A stretch of DNA of 64,000 nt from Perkinsus olseni (lineage: Eukaryota). How positions within the stretch are numbered: position 1 is the first letter of the stretch; each line of letters begins with the position of its first letter. This document shows, piece by piece, positions 1 through 11,882 of this stretch. The notes under the pieces are model-generated. The model searched no databases and had not been told where the DNA came from. It saw only the letters and a program-made list of their open reading frames with translations. The position numbers and the translations under genes are program-made. The stretch is taken from contig JABANN010000056.1 of NCBI GenBank assembly GCA_013115125.1, forward strand, positions 1 to 64,000, read 5' to 3'.

Positions 1-3
1 GGC

Positions 4-66
4 TTTATTAAATTGCTCTGGGGATTTACTAATTTGCTCTGGGGTTTTACTAAGTAGGTCTGGAAA
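4..66. repeat. Degenerate 21-nt tandem repeat, 3 copies, probably the edge of a minisatellite
   Basis: Units tttattaaattgctctgggga / tttactaatttgctctggggt / tttactaagtaggtctggaaa. Confidence 0.6.
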
Positions 67-299
67 TGGTGTAGTCTAGCGCGACTTTATCGACTACAAT
101 CCCTAGCGGTACTAGGCATCAATGGCTCAGGGACGTTAGTGATTGGTGATCGTCGTTCGCTGCTGCTCTCCCCACGCGCGCTCAGCATCTCGTTGCTGTG
201 GATACTTTGAAGGGATTGGTCATATTGAACCCATCACAGGCTTCCGGGATGGCACAGAACTAGGCGTGCTACAATACAGTTGTTTTCATCGTTTTTGCC

Positions 300-3200
300 A
301 TGCCCCCTGGGGCTCCTTCCGGGGTCCCTCCAAACCATTATCGGGTGCTTGGCTTAACGAGCATGTACGCCGGTCAAGAGGAGATCAGGCAGAATTACCG
401 CAAGCAAGTCGCTAGCAACTAGGGCGGCGACCCCCGAATGGCGGCCTCGTTCAGGTTGTGCTTGAAGTACCACCCGGACAAGGGAGGCTCTATCGACGAT
501 TTCCATCGCATTCAGCAGGCTTATGAGACACTGAGCGATCCTCGAGAAAGGCAACGGTGAGCTCCGCCTCTGCAGTAGAGGTTGCTGTACTATGCGATGC
601 CTTGTGAATTACTGACCCTCGGGCCTCTCCTGTCGTATTTCGGAGTGACGATGGATTACTTTAAAATGCCGTGATGGCCACGCGGATGGTATAGAGGGAA
701 GGAGGGTATGGTCGAGTGCCGATTGCTGGTCGGCTCTGGTCTGCGCCACGAGCAAGCACCGGATCACGCCATTGATCACGCATTGACCAACCCGACAGAC
801 GAACTCAGGCGTCCACCTTCGAGATCTCGGGGTCGTTCGACGACGATCTGGCTGGAGCCGGATAGTCTATGATAGACGGTCTATCTCTGTCGCCAACTTT
901 GTCTCGCCTCGTTATGGTAGATCCGTCGGACTGCTCTCGATTTGCGCTATCCTCTCCCGCAATTCCCAGATACGACCGAACAGATCTCCCCCGAGCAATT
1001 AGACAGAGCTGCCCCAAACAACAACAGCCTACAAGTTGTAAACAGCAATTACCTCACCCGGTGGGACTACTCCATTCACCTCAGCCCGTCCACCGTCATT
1101 CCGGGCTCCCCAGGCGGCGGACAATCTTTCCGGAGCCTTTCCGCAGCGCTCGGGATCGTCCAGTTCTGCTGCCCCTGGTAGTACCACTACCACACTCCCC
1201 CCTCATCTCACCAAGTCTCGTCCGCGTTTTTCAGGGCCAGCCAACGCTGATAAGCAGAGCCCAGCGTTCAAGACCACAACTATCAATGATGCGGCCCTCA
1301 CCGCTCTCACGGTACCAACGCTGAGGCAGATAGCCACTGTAGGGAGCCTTGGGAAATGATGGGATCGGCCTCGGACCTGATTTCCTCAGAGTTTGGGTAT
1401 CAATCTGAGCCAGTGCATAGAGAAGGAGGAGCTGATATCTGCTATCAAGCGAAGGGTCGGTCGTTGGGGGGGGTGTCCCTCCTCATCGGAACTTGTGCTC
1501 AGGTCGGCCATGGCAGCGAACCGTCAGGGTCAGCGATGGCAGAGAATGGTGGTGATAGCACTGCAGCTAAGCAGGATTCATCTCGAGTTGGGGTGATTGG
1601 CCTATCCAATTTGCGTTGAAGAATCCATTGGGACCTCAGGCAACGGCGTCTTCGAGGACACCAGCTACACCCAAGGCTCACCCGACTACTCCTTCGCATG
1701 ATAAGGGCAGCACCAGTCAAGCAGACGCCGTCGCGGAGCTGTTGAGTTCTCCTGGTGACGAGGGGGTGCCTGACGATTGTCGACCCAGATCCTTCTTTTG
1801 ATTTCAGGTGGTAAGTGCCTGGAGGAGTGCATTGACCTGGCCAGGCGAAAGACGGCCCTGGAAGCTTGGCTAGAGATCAACCGAGCTTCCGATCCCTTGT
1901 TCAACGCCATACAGGACGAGATACGCCATCTGCAAGTTCTCTTCCACGGTGTTGAGCGTTCTCTGGCCGGGGCTAGATCCAGAATACAGCGGACCCAAAT
2001 GCAGGCTACTATCAATGCTCGCTTGGTTCAAGGCAAAGCTGCTGCCGCCAACAAGGACCCGTGCCTGCAAGACTTGGCACAGTCCATCGGCCGACGAGGA
2101 GCAACTGTGGCAAATGCCGTCGGGAGCTTTGCGGCCATAGTGAAGGTGGTGGACTCCCTCTCGAAGAGCTTAGCGGCACTTGCTAGGGACGTGAAGGTGG
2201 TTCAGATGGACTCCGAAGCTCCCGAGAAGAAAGTAAAAGCGGCCTGTGAGAAGTGCCTCAAGGAGCAGGTGGTGCTGGCTGAGAAAGTTGCGAGCAGGAT
2301 CTCTAGTGACGGTAGTAGTAATGGTAATAAAGTGCCCATTGAGAAAGTGTTAGCGGCTGTCCGGAAGGCCTATGAGGTGTCGAGCGGTGTAATGCAGCCA
2401 CAGGGAAACAGTCCCTCCAGTTCATCGAACCAGCCGCCAGCGGGAAGCCCTGATGGTCCCCGAGTGAACTCAACCTTTCCTGACACTGGGAAAGGAGGGG
2501 TGAGTTGCACTAGGGTCCCCGCTGCGGGTGTGCCTCCGGTGGGGGCATCGAGGAGTGCACCTCCTGCTGCAGAGGGAACTACCAATACGGGAGTTGGGGC
2601 AGAAGGGGTGGACAAGACTGCCGCTGAGAAGCCGGGGTCGGCGGCTATGAGTGGGGATGCGGCGAGGAGTGAGGAGCGAAGGGGAGGAGGCGAGCCGCGG
2701 TCGGCTGCTGCTGCCGCTGTGGAAGGTCGACCCGCAGCGGCCAGAGGAGACGCTTCACGCAGAGACGCGTATGGGGAGGGGCCCGCTGACCGCTCAGTGG
2801 AATCTAAAGAGGAGAGATTAGGGACGCCGCTGAAGGGAACTTCAGCCTTCCCGGTTGGTTCTGGAGGTAGAGCTGTGCCAAAGGAGCCGAAGGGAGCCTC
2901 TGTGATGGCCAACAACAAGATCGTGGGGACGGCTGACTCTANNNNNNNNNNNNNNNNNNNNNNNNNNNNNNNNNNNNNNNNNNNNNNNNNNNNNNNNNNN
3001 NNNNNNNNNNNNNNNNNNNNNNNNNNNNNNNNNNNNNNNNNAGGAGTCGAAGGGCGCCTCTGTGATGGCCAACAACAAGACCGTGGGGACGGCTGAGCCC
3101 AAGGAGCCGAAGGGAGCCTCTGTGATGGCCAACAACAAGGCCATCGGGACGGCTGACCCTAAGGAGTCGAAGGGCGCCTCTGTGATGGCCAACAACAAGA

Positions 3201-4210
3201 CCGTGGGGACGGCTGAGCCCAAGGAGCCGAAGGGCGCCTCTGTGATGGCCAACAACAAGACCGTGGGGACGGCTGAGCCCAAGGATCCGAAGGGAGCCTC
3301 TGTGATGGCCAGCAACAAGACCATAGGGACGGCTGACCCTAAGGAGTCGAAGGGCGCCTCTGTGATGGCCAACAACAAGACCGTGAGGACGGCTGAGCCC
3401 AAGGAGCCGAAGGGCGCCCCTGTGATGGCCAACAACAAGGCCATAGGGACGGCTGACCCTAAGGAGTCGAAGGGCGCCTCTGTGATGGCCAACAACAAGA
3501 CCGTGGGGATGGCTGAGCCCAAGGAGCCGAAGGGAGCCTCTGTGATGGACAACAACAAGACCGTGGGGATGGCCGAGCCCAAGGAGTCGAAGGGCGGGCC
3601 CGAGGGAAGGGCCAACAACGAGGTCGCACGGACGCGGGAGCGTCGGAGTCTGCTGCAAGGGAAACGAGAATCCACGGCAGGCAGTGAAGAGAAAGCTGCC
3701 AAGATCTCCAAGCACTCAGGGAGGCTGTCAGGGTCGATTGATGGTGAGGGGTGTACTGGGCCGGAGAACCGCACCTCGAACTGTCCTCGAGGGACCAACC
3801 CTGGGACGGTCGACGGTATCCCGAAGAAGAAGAAGCGGAAGCAGCGGCAAAGCTCTGAGCTGGTGAAGAGTCGTGACAGTGTATCGAGTGATCAGTCTAG
3901 TATGCAGCGGCCACGGAAGCGGATGCGGACGGGAGATCTCGGCACCGAGGATGGCCGTGAGGAGGCGTCGGCGAAGTCCGTCTCTTCCTCCTCTTCCTTG
4001 TCATCAGCACCTCCTACGATGCAGGTCCGGATACCGGACTGCTGGAAGACGGGGCAGAAGGTTCAGTTCCCCCTCCCCGATGGGATTGTCCAGTTCTTCC
4101 CTCCCGACCAGTGCCGCCCTGGGCAGGTGCTGCTGTACAATAAGGTCACCGGCACGATGACCTACACGCCACCAGAGGATGAGATCGAGGTTATCTCCCT
4201 TTCGGATTGA
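300..4210 (+). CDS. Multi-exon DnaJ (J-domain) protein with SAP-like motif, 20-aa tandem repeats, NLS and acidic C-terminal SIM-like motif
   Basis: Spliced translation MPPGAPSGVPPNHYRVLGL...EEIRQNYRK|LCLKYHPDKGGSIDDFHRIQQAYETLSDPRERQR|YD has the HPD motif (introns 404-454, 557-969). Later GINLSQCIEKEELISAI (SAP-like), ORFs 1777-3096 and 3062-4210 across the N gap, PKKKKRK, C-terminus EDEIEVISLSD. Confidence 0.8.
2881..3596 (+). repeat. Coding 60-bp tandem repeat (KEPKGASVMANNKTVGTAEP)n, at least 10 copies, broken by an assembly gap
   Basis: Near-identical 60-nt units are directly visible. No unique spacers. Confidence 0.95.
2942..3041. other. Assembly gap (100 N) inside the repeat array
   Basis: Run of N. 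Confidence 1.
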
Positions 4211-4468
4211 CTCCTCTTACGTACACTGGGGCTATGCTACTACTACTACTACCATTGCTACCGCCGCAGTCCTCATTTCCTTTCTTCTCATCATGATCAG
4301 TGCCTTGTGTTTCCGTCAATCGGACAGTGGCAGCCGTAGTCATGACCACTGCAATTTCAACCGATGATAGACTGATCTCTCGACTGGTTCCCATCGACCT
4401 CGTGCACGATTCGCTCCTCCGCAATAGAATGCCGCAATGAAAAGTACCTTCCGACTGGTCTCGTCCCC

Positions 4469-7299
4469 ATGCTTATTCACCATCGGCTGTCACTTCTTCC
4501 TCTCACTGCCGCTGCTCTACGATATGTAATGCAGTTGTTGTGCTATATGGCTCCCACCGCCGACGAGGCACTTGCTAAGGCCCCATTGCCAAGGCATAGT
4601 GTTGAGCGCTGTTCAACGGTCATACTCACGGCTTACCCCTACATCGTTATCCCAGGCTCGGAATCCGACATACTCGTCATGACCTCCTCTGAAGATCATA
4701 CCCGCTGCCAAGTGGTTGCGCATATCACAGACCTCCCGGCCGTCCCTGCCTGCGTCTGTGCCAAGCTGCTCGGCCGCCGGCTCAGACTCGGTATTGGTTG
4801 CGGCTCTACTGTTATCATCCTAGACTTCAACGAGCAAGCTACTGAGTGGAAGCTATCCCATCGACTGCCTGCTCCCGACGGCCAGGTCGTGGCCCTCACC
4901 GTCAGGGCTCGCATCACTCTCTCGGCAACCATGGAGACTCTCTGGCATTTCGATGCCGACTCAGAGCAGGGCTGTAGGAGTGCGTTCGAGGCGGAGGACG
5001 GCGAGACAATTCTGCGGGTTGAATGTGACGAAGAAGGAATGGCGGCGGTGCTGCTCCGCTGTGGGCGTAGCGAGAAGCTCGCTCTCGTGAATCTCAACTC
5101 GAAAGACCTTGCCTCCTACACTCCGCCATTCCCCCCGGGAAGTACGGTAGAGCAGGTAACGCTGAATAGCAGTGCTGGTCAATCCTTTCTGTATTGCTTG
5201 GCCACGACCCGGCGTGGTTTCACGGCGTTCAAGTGTACTCCCTCTTGCCGTGGCACTCGTAGGCTGTCCTTGCGTCCTGTGGCTTATCTCGAATCGCCTG
5301 CTGGTTGGGAGTCGAGGCTGCTACTGGCGGACCAGAAGCCCGGCATCGTCGTTGCCTTGTTGTGGAACGCTAAGTGCTTGAAGATCTTAACTCGATACAT
5401 GAACACTAGGGAGGAGGATCGGTACGGCTGTCTCGAGATGTCCACCCTCACAAAGCCGGCGTCGATCAATCACCGGAATTCTGGTGGTCCAGAGGTAGGG
5501 AAGCTGCTGGGCCTGTCGCTATTCTATCAACCTGCGCTTCTTGATGCAGAACGTTGTGCCGCTGGGGGTTGCCTTCGAGGGGAAGCAGGAGGCTCCCACC
5601 GTGTTGCTTTTGCGGCGTCCACCAAGCCAGGTGAGAATTGTGAAGAGCACGAATCCACTCGTCTTCTACACGGCCCCATAGTTTGTCCTCACCGAGCTCT
5701 CCTCAGAATGCCCCACCGAGTATCGTCGCTATAACGATTAGAGATCGGCAGAAGCGGCCTCCGGTGGCGATGAGTGAACCTACGAGGGGGTCTTTCAAGG
5801 AGCTGCTGCCTCCTCATGCAAATCACAGTAATCCGTCTGTTGGTAAGAACGCTAGTAGAGTATCCATAGGCGTGCACTCTGCCATAACAGGAACCACTGT
5901 GGGTTTAAAGGAGACTGCGGCGTCCTCGACCAAAGAGGATGACGTATGGAAAGATTGGCATCTGTGGTCGCAGTTCTCCTCCACATGGAGGGGTATAACC
6001 AAGAAAGGTGGGGGCGGCAGGGAGGCTAGGCAGTCCCGTCCTCTTGATGTTCTGTGCATGTTCAGCTCGATTAAAGCCGCTGATGAGAACTAAATCATCG
6101 GCTCCATTGGCGTCGACAGATGGCCCGGCACACGATCATACCGAGCATGCCAGACCGAAAAATGCGGCACCCCATTTAGGTGAGTCTTCACTGGGCGCCC
6201 TAGTGACGTTGCGTGAGGGAATCTTTCGAATCGAAGTCCTCATCATCCTCGTGTAGGTCACTGGCTGGGAAGCTCCAGACTAGACGAGTCTCCCCTCGAT
6301 CCATGGCACAACCATCTGGCGAGTCCTTATCAGACTACTGAGCATTCACGTCGAGGTCAACTCTATCGGCGTAACATACTGCAGCAGGCTAAGCAGCGAA
6401 GGTGCCGGCCTGAGCTGGTCGACCTTTCCAACGAGCAGAGGCTCTTGCTCAATGTAGGTCTGAAGTCAGTGCATGAAGTTGACACGCTACCGCTTCAGGA
6501 ACCCATGGACCTTCCATGCCGATCCCTGTCGTTCGGCACTATCTACACCATGAGCCAAGTGGAGAAGAATAGCTTCCTGAAGAAAATCGTGACTCCTGTC
6601 CCCGCTCCCGTCAGGTCCCTGGAGAAGGGAATATGGCGGATAAAGTATAGAAGGTAGGTGCTAGGGCACTCTAGAATATGAGATGTCTCCTCTCCTCAGT
6701 GCATCTGTTTCGTCAAGGGAGTATTTGCGTCAACTCTACCGAAGGCTTCAAGGCGTCGTTGAACGGGCGGACTTCGGCCGCAGCAACGCTGGGAGTGCAT
6801 TGTCCATGGTGCCGTGCTGAGGACCCGAACGAGACGAAGGTCGCTCTTTCCCTCGCTTATATACTATAACACGACACAGTGGACTCTTCCAGTCTTGCAC
6901 TGCACCTTCACTCGTTCATAAAGATTGTGACTCCATTTACTAGTATTTGCCATCCTGCCCTGGAATGCATGCCACATCGATGTCGTCAGTAGAAGTTGTT
7001 GAGTGAGGAGTACAGCCATCGGGGAAACCTGCGTCTCGGCCAACCTCTCCACTGCCTTCCGATACCATTCATATCGGGAAGGACCGGTGATGTCCGCCAG
7101 ACTCTCACTCTGGCTCACTCAATGGTTTACGCTACCGTACATACAGTCGTAGACTTACAATACAGGAGACAGGAGTGTATCTTCGATACATCGGGATTGT
7201 GACGGTGGGACACCTTAGCTTGTGCTGTCGGATATCAACCAGCTAGAGCTTGAAGAGGAGCTGTCGCATCAACTTCGACGATATCGTGGGTTTGAGTGA
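4469..7299 (+). CDS. Uncharacterised multi-exon protein, beta-rich N-terminal region (possibly propeller-like)
   Basis: Long ORF 4469-5734 and further protein-like exons flanked by GT..AG. Final exon LELEEELSHQLRRYRGFE* ends at 7299. No family recognised. Confidence 0.5.
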
Positions 7300-7355
7300 T
7301 TGTTGTAAGTCGGCATCCTTTCAGTTTGAATTAGTTTTATTAAGTTCTCTTCATA

Positions 7356-8438
7356 ATGTCATCAACAGCAAGCGTTATTTGCCTTAAATTACACACCGAT
7401 TCCGAAACACTTCGTATAAGAGTTGACCCTGAGGAGCTTCAGACCTACGACAAGCTCTGTGGATATGTTGAGAACGCCTGGCGTGAACTCCAAGTGAGAG
7501 ACTATCGTCTATTCTACATGGATGAGGATAACGAATTCTGCATTCTCAATGACTTGTCGCTTCCTGATGCAATAGCAGTCGCCGAGGCTAAGGGAAAGGC
7601 AACTGACTCCGTGGCGGTTCTGGATATCTACGTCGATGTCGAGGGCGGCAGAGAGCCTAGCTTCGTCCCTCTTGATCCTGTTAGTTTGATGGTAGCCGAT
7701 CTACTCGACGATCTTGACTACGTGAGCAGTCCTCTTTCTGCTCTACAATTGGTTGACAGTATGTTGGCTGCGGACCAGGATATTGGTAAGATCGCCCAAT
7801 CCTTGCAGGCTAAGAAGGACGAGCAGCAGGGTGCCGTTAAGGATCAAACCACTGCTGCCAACTCCCAGCCCCAAGCGAGTTCCAATGCTTCAGCTGCTGT
7901 AGAGAAGAAGGCAACGAAGGGTGAGTAGAAGCCAAAGGTCGACGTCAGGGTGGACAGGTCCGTCCAGAAGGCCGGTTCCGAACCTAAGGTGACCCACATG
8001 GAGAAGGAGGTGTCTTCTGAGAAGGAGGCTAAGGACGCCATGGCGGACTTCCTCGCGAAGTCGGGGTTCGTGGCCGACAAGAAGAGCGGTGACGACTTGG
8101 TCAATCGAATGTTCGAGAATGTTGGCGCCATGCAAAAGGTCACCGATCGTCTTATGGGTTATGAGAAGCCCGAGTCCAAGAAGGATGCCAAGGAAGTGGC
8201 CGATGAGACTAAGCAGCTTCAACAGGTCGAGTCTAGCCCAGTAGCCAAAGACTTCGTCGACATGCTAAGCGATTGTGTTGAGAACAAAACCGTCGCTCGA
8301 GAATTGGTCGGGGCACTCGAGGCTGCACAGGCAGATCTTGCCCAACTCGCTCAGCGGTTCACTGACGCTGACAAGTCTGCCAAGAAGTCCTCTTCTGGTG
8401 GCAAGCAGCAGCAATCTGTGGAACAGAAGGCTCAGTAA
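7356..8438 (+). CDS. PB1-like domain protein with helical, charged C-terminus and an in-frame TAG at 7926-7928
   Basis: N-terminal ICLKLH...TYDKLCGYVENAW...YRLFYMDEDNEFCILND matches the PB1 OPCA-type pattern (YxDEDxE). ORF 7950-8438 is in the same frame. Confidence 0.7.
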
Positions 8439-8589
8439 AAGCAATTCTGAAGGTCATTTGGCTCTTTATTAAAAACACACATATCTAGGCTCTTAAATAT
8501 GAATTTTATTCTCGAACTTACTAGTCACTACTGGAGTTTTGTGTTCATTAGTGTACGGTGTAGTCAGAGGGTTCGGGTTCGTGAGTCAA

Positions 8590-9779
8590 CGCAGCGGACT
8601 AGGTGGATAGCACTGTGGAGACAGGGCAAGCGCAGTATACGGTGTATATTGAGTATTCCCGGAACCTGCTAACAGTAGGCCACTTTCACGTGGTCGCAAT
8701 GGTTTGACTTAGTTGACAGAATGCCCTCAGTCGCGCACACGCTGGTAGACGTACCGCCAGCGAGTCTTCGCATTATTGGAGTGCGCCCGTATGCTTCACA
8801 CAAGACGTAGAGTTCGTTCTAACAGAGCCGACAATGTGTCCCTGAGAGCCTGTGCATGGGGAATTACCGTGAATTGCAACCACTCATCGTGATATATCGG
8901 TCCTCTAAACAACTCGGGTTCAACTTGTACGCAAGTGAAGCACTTGCAGCTGACATTGGTGCGGACGGAGTATCTCGTGGTCACATTCGTTAAATCAAGC
9001 TCCGAGATTCTGCAGGTCGGAGAGGGATGGACTTTTTGGATTTCATCGCCGGCAGCTTGGCGCGGCGGGAAGCGTGTCGGGCGCTCAAGTTTGAAGGTCC
9101 TCGGAGCCCCTTCTCCCTTATGCGCAAATGTTTGTTAGACCGATATCCACCTCGTCTATCGCGCTCTTCGGGGCACGCGCGACGAATCCATATGAAGTCC
9201 TCGCTCGCCATATGAGACGAGACATGGTGTTGCGTGTGAAATACCCGTCTTCTTTCTCACCCATATTCCCTGTCCCTCGAGCTGAGGAGAATGAATATGA
9301 TGCGGTATTTGAGGGCCCGGCTCTGGTGAGAATCCTGATGTTTGTTCGAGGGAGAATGGTCGTGACAGAGGAGTAAGTGATGGTGACGATGTCCAACGCT
9401 CATCCGTGTCATTGCTGTCGAGTCCCCTCGCTCAGGCTATCTGTTCTTGATTGCGGGGACAACCGGGATACCACATCTCGATCGAGCTGATGAATGGGAG
9501 TAGGAGGAGTAGCGTAGAATGCATGTGGGGCTCAATGTCCTCAGCTCATCATCGGAGCGACCAACCGAGTCTGCTGCAGTCACTGGTACATGAACAGTCG
9601 ACTCGACAGTGCCCGAGGCCATTCGAATGGATGTGTATGCACAACGGAATGACCGATGGATAGAGGCTTTTTAATTTATCAGACTGGCCGTCTCTATCTG
9701 CTGACTCAACTGTAACTTTTATTTTTGTTGTCTTTTCACATATCGGGAGCGGGTGGAAGTGTTCGATTAACATACTCAT
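8590..9779. other. Possible uncharacterised gene, strand unresolved
   Basis: Several 60-90 aa ORFs on both strands with possible splice sites. I could not build a consistent model. Confidence 0.2.
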
Positions 9780-9886
9780 GGTGTTCTTGTAACGGCTTCG
9801 CGCCGCGAAGTTCGCGGATGCGTGACACGTTAGGTCTAGCTCATCTAAGGGAAGTCATCAATTAGTTTTTCGTTCGACCTCCCGCC

Positions 9887-10727
9887 ATGCGATTCACCGT
9901 TCCATACCTCATTCTCATTGCAACCTTCCCTTCGATCGCTGCCGGAACGTCCACGTTGAGGAAGATCTTCGTAATAAGAGCAACCTGCTACAATACTTCC
10001 CTGGCTTCGCAAGGTTACTCAATGAACTCCAGCCCTCGGGGATCTCGATAGGCTATCAACGATAGGCGAGGGGGGGGGGGTTAGTGTGTGAGCGACTCCT
10101 TTCTATCTGTATCTTCATTACCGACACACTCTGATGAGGTAACTTCAAGTGGTTCTTCTTTCTGTCAGAAGCCGAGTGGAGCGGGAGGCCGCAGGGGTGA
10201 CAAGAAAGACGTTCGAACTGAGAGGAAGGTGCGTTTATAACTCTTAGTGCTGCGAATGTAACCCCTTCTCCTGGCTCTGAAATTCAGACTATATGTGCCC
10301 TACGCATGGAGGAATCGGGCGACGGCCCTGTTATCTACCTGGAGCTAGAACCGAATCTGAAAAAAATAAAGAAAATGACGAGAGGGAAGTAAGCAAGCCA
10401 TCGCGAACCTTCGGGTTAGTCCGCATCTCTTCCATGAACGTTCAGGAAATTGCTGACGCGTTATTCAGACGAGGCACTTTTTGGAACGTACCCAGCGAGG
10501 AGGCAACTGATTGTCGCGTGGCACTAGGTGACACCCTTCATGCGGCTTCCTTTTCGTTTGCCACGCTGGTGGAGCCGATCGATCCGAAGTTGATATCACT
10601 GATCCTATCGGACTGCCCGGACTCCGAGCCTTGTGACCTCACGCAAAGAGCCTTGTTGAGGCCGCCATTGGACAACCTATTCATACAACTTGGAGGACAC
10701 ATAGGAGAGAGTGGGGCTTCCGACTGA
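9887..10727 (+). CDS. Secreted protein, single-module member of the modular family (paralog of 28814-29857)
   Basis: Signal peptide MRFTVPYLILIATFPSIAAG then TSTLRK. Last exon has WNVPSEEATDCRVALGDTLHAAS...DLTQRALLRPPLDNLFIQLGG. Confidence 0.7.
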
Positions 10728-11882
10728 GACGCCCCACAGGGGAGAAGAGACAGGTTGAGCTTAAGAGATCTGAGTTGTTGCAAAAATGGAGTATCACTTC
10801 ACTTATTTATGAAGATTCACCGAACTCAGACTTTCTTGGTCTGTGAAGTCAAATATCCAGTTGAGACCTATTTTTATCATGGTCTATCCGTGAAGCCTTG
10901 ATGTGTGCTATTTGAGGATAGGTAGTGTTATCGCGTGAGTGGGCCCTGGCGTGAGCTGTAGGGGAGCACGTAGCTCCTAGCTCTGCCCGACGGCAGAGAT
11001 CTGATACCATCATCGTGATAATCGGGGACGTTTACCATAAAGCCTCTAGCCGTATCAAAGCAGATTTCCGGATTCCGTGATGGTCGAGACGTTCTCCGTG
11101 GTTCAGGCAGCGACCGAGGGCGTAGAGAGGATGCGAATGTTCCTGGTATCGCTCCCCCGTGGTTCGCTCGTACCGATACATCGGAAATATTTCGGACGTT
11201 CAGATCTTCGACCTGAGGCTCGGTTCCTAGGCATATCGCATCGTGCACACCAAGAGAATAGAGAAAACCAGAGTGAACTATGCTCACAAAGTCCAATGAT
11301 TGTAGCCATGTTAGAACCCGAGGAGGCGGGTCAAATTTTACGAACTATCCGCTTAGTATTCCCTTCTGGAAGGCGAACGTAGTGATCAGGGAAAAGATTG
11401 CGGCGAGTCTGACGGTCGGTGTGATCTCTGCGGTCGATCTCGAGAATAAAGATTGAGAATAAATAAGCAAATAAATACTTTTAGAGACCTTCAATATTGT
11501 AGAGTCCTCCGTCAAACTCCGCGGCGCTCTACAGCAAGGCTCGCTAAATTCTTAGTAGCTTGCGGCGTGACCCGCTATCGTCGACTAGGGTTTGAAGCCT
11601 CCAGTAGCAGTTGACGCTGATGATCTATTGATAATGATGTCGACGCACTAAGGGAAGCAACAAGCCTGCAAAAGTGCAGAGAAAAGTTTTCTCAGGAATG
11701 ACATGATACACTCTTGCCTCGAGATGAGTATCTCGAGAAAGCAGCATGATTCCCTGTCTTATTCTCATCATTGTTCAGACACCGGGTTGATCCTCTCCGA
11801 ATACAGTTCGGTACAATAAACAACAGCAATCCCATTGTAAATCCCCACGCTGAACCCAACAATAACCGTTTGGGATACTCAG

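Noticed and set aside
110-131. Second SL-like sequence (taggcatcaatggctcagg)
   Set aside because: Needs an indel and several mismatches, so compatible with chance.
557-969. Long J-protein intron as an ncRNA host
   Set aside because: No convincing C/D or H/ACA boxes or stem found by eye.
2941-3096. Apparent frameshift between ORFs 1777-3096 and 3062-4210
   Set aside because: Caused by the arbitrary 100-N gap.
2881-3596. CRISPR-like array
   Set aside because: Contiguous in-frame 60-nt units with no unique spacers and no cas genes, in a eukaryotic context.
2842-3798. Long antisense ORFs (318 aa, 258 aa) over the repeat
   Set aside because: Shadows of a stop-free tandem repeat.
7926-7928. Selenocysteine or pyrrolysine recoding, or an alternative genetic code
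   Set aside because: The codon is TAG (Sec uses TGA). TAG ends other genes here (DDX10, PPKL) and no other in-frame TAG appears in conserved genes.
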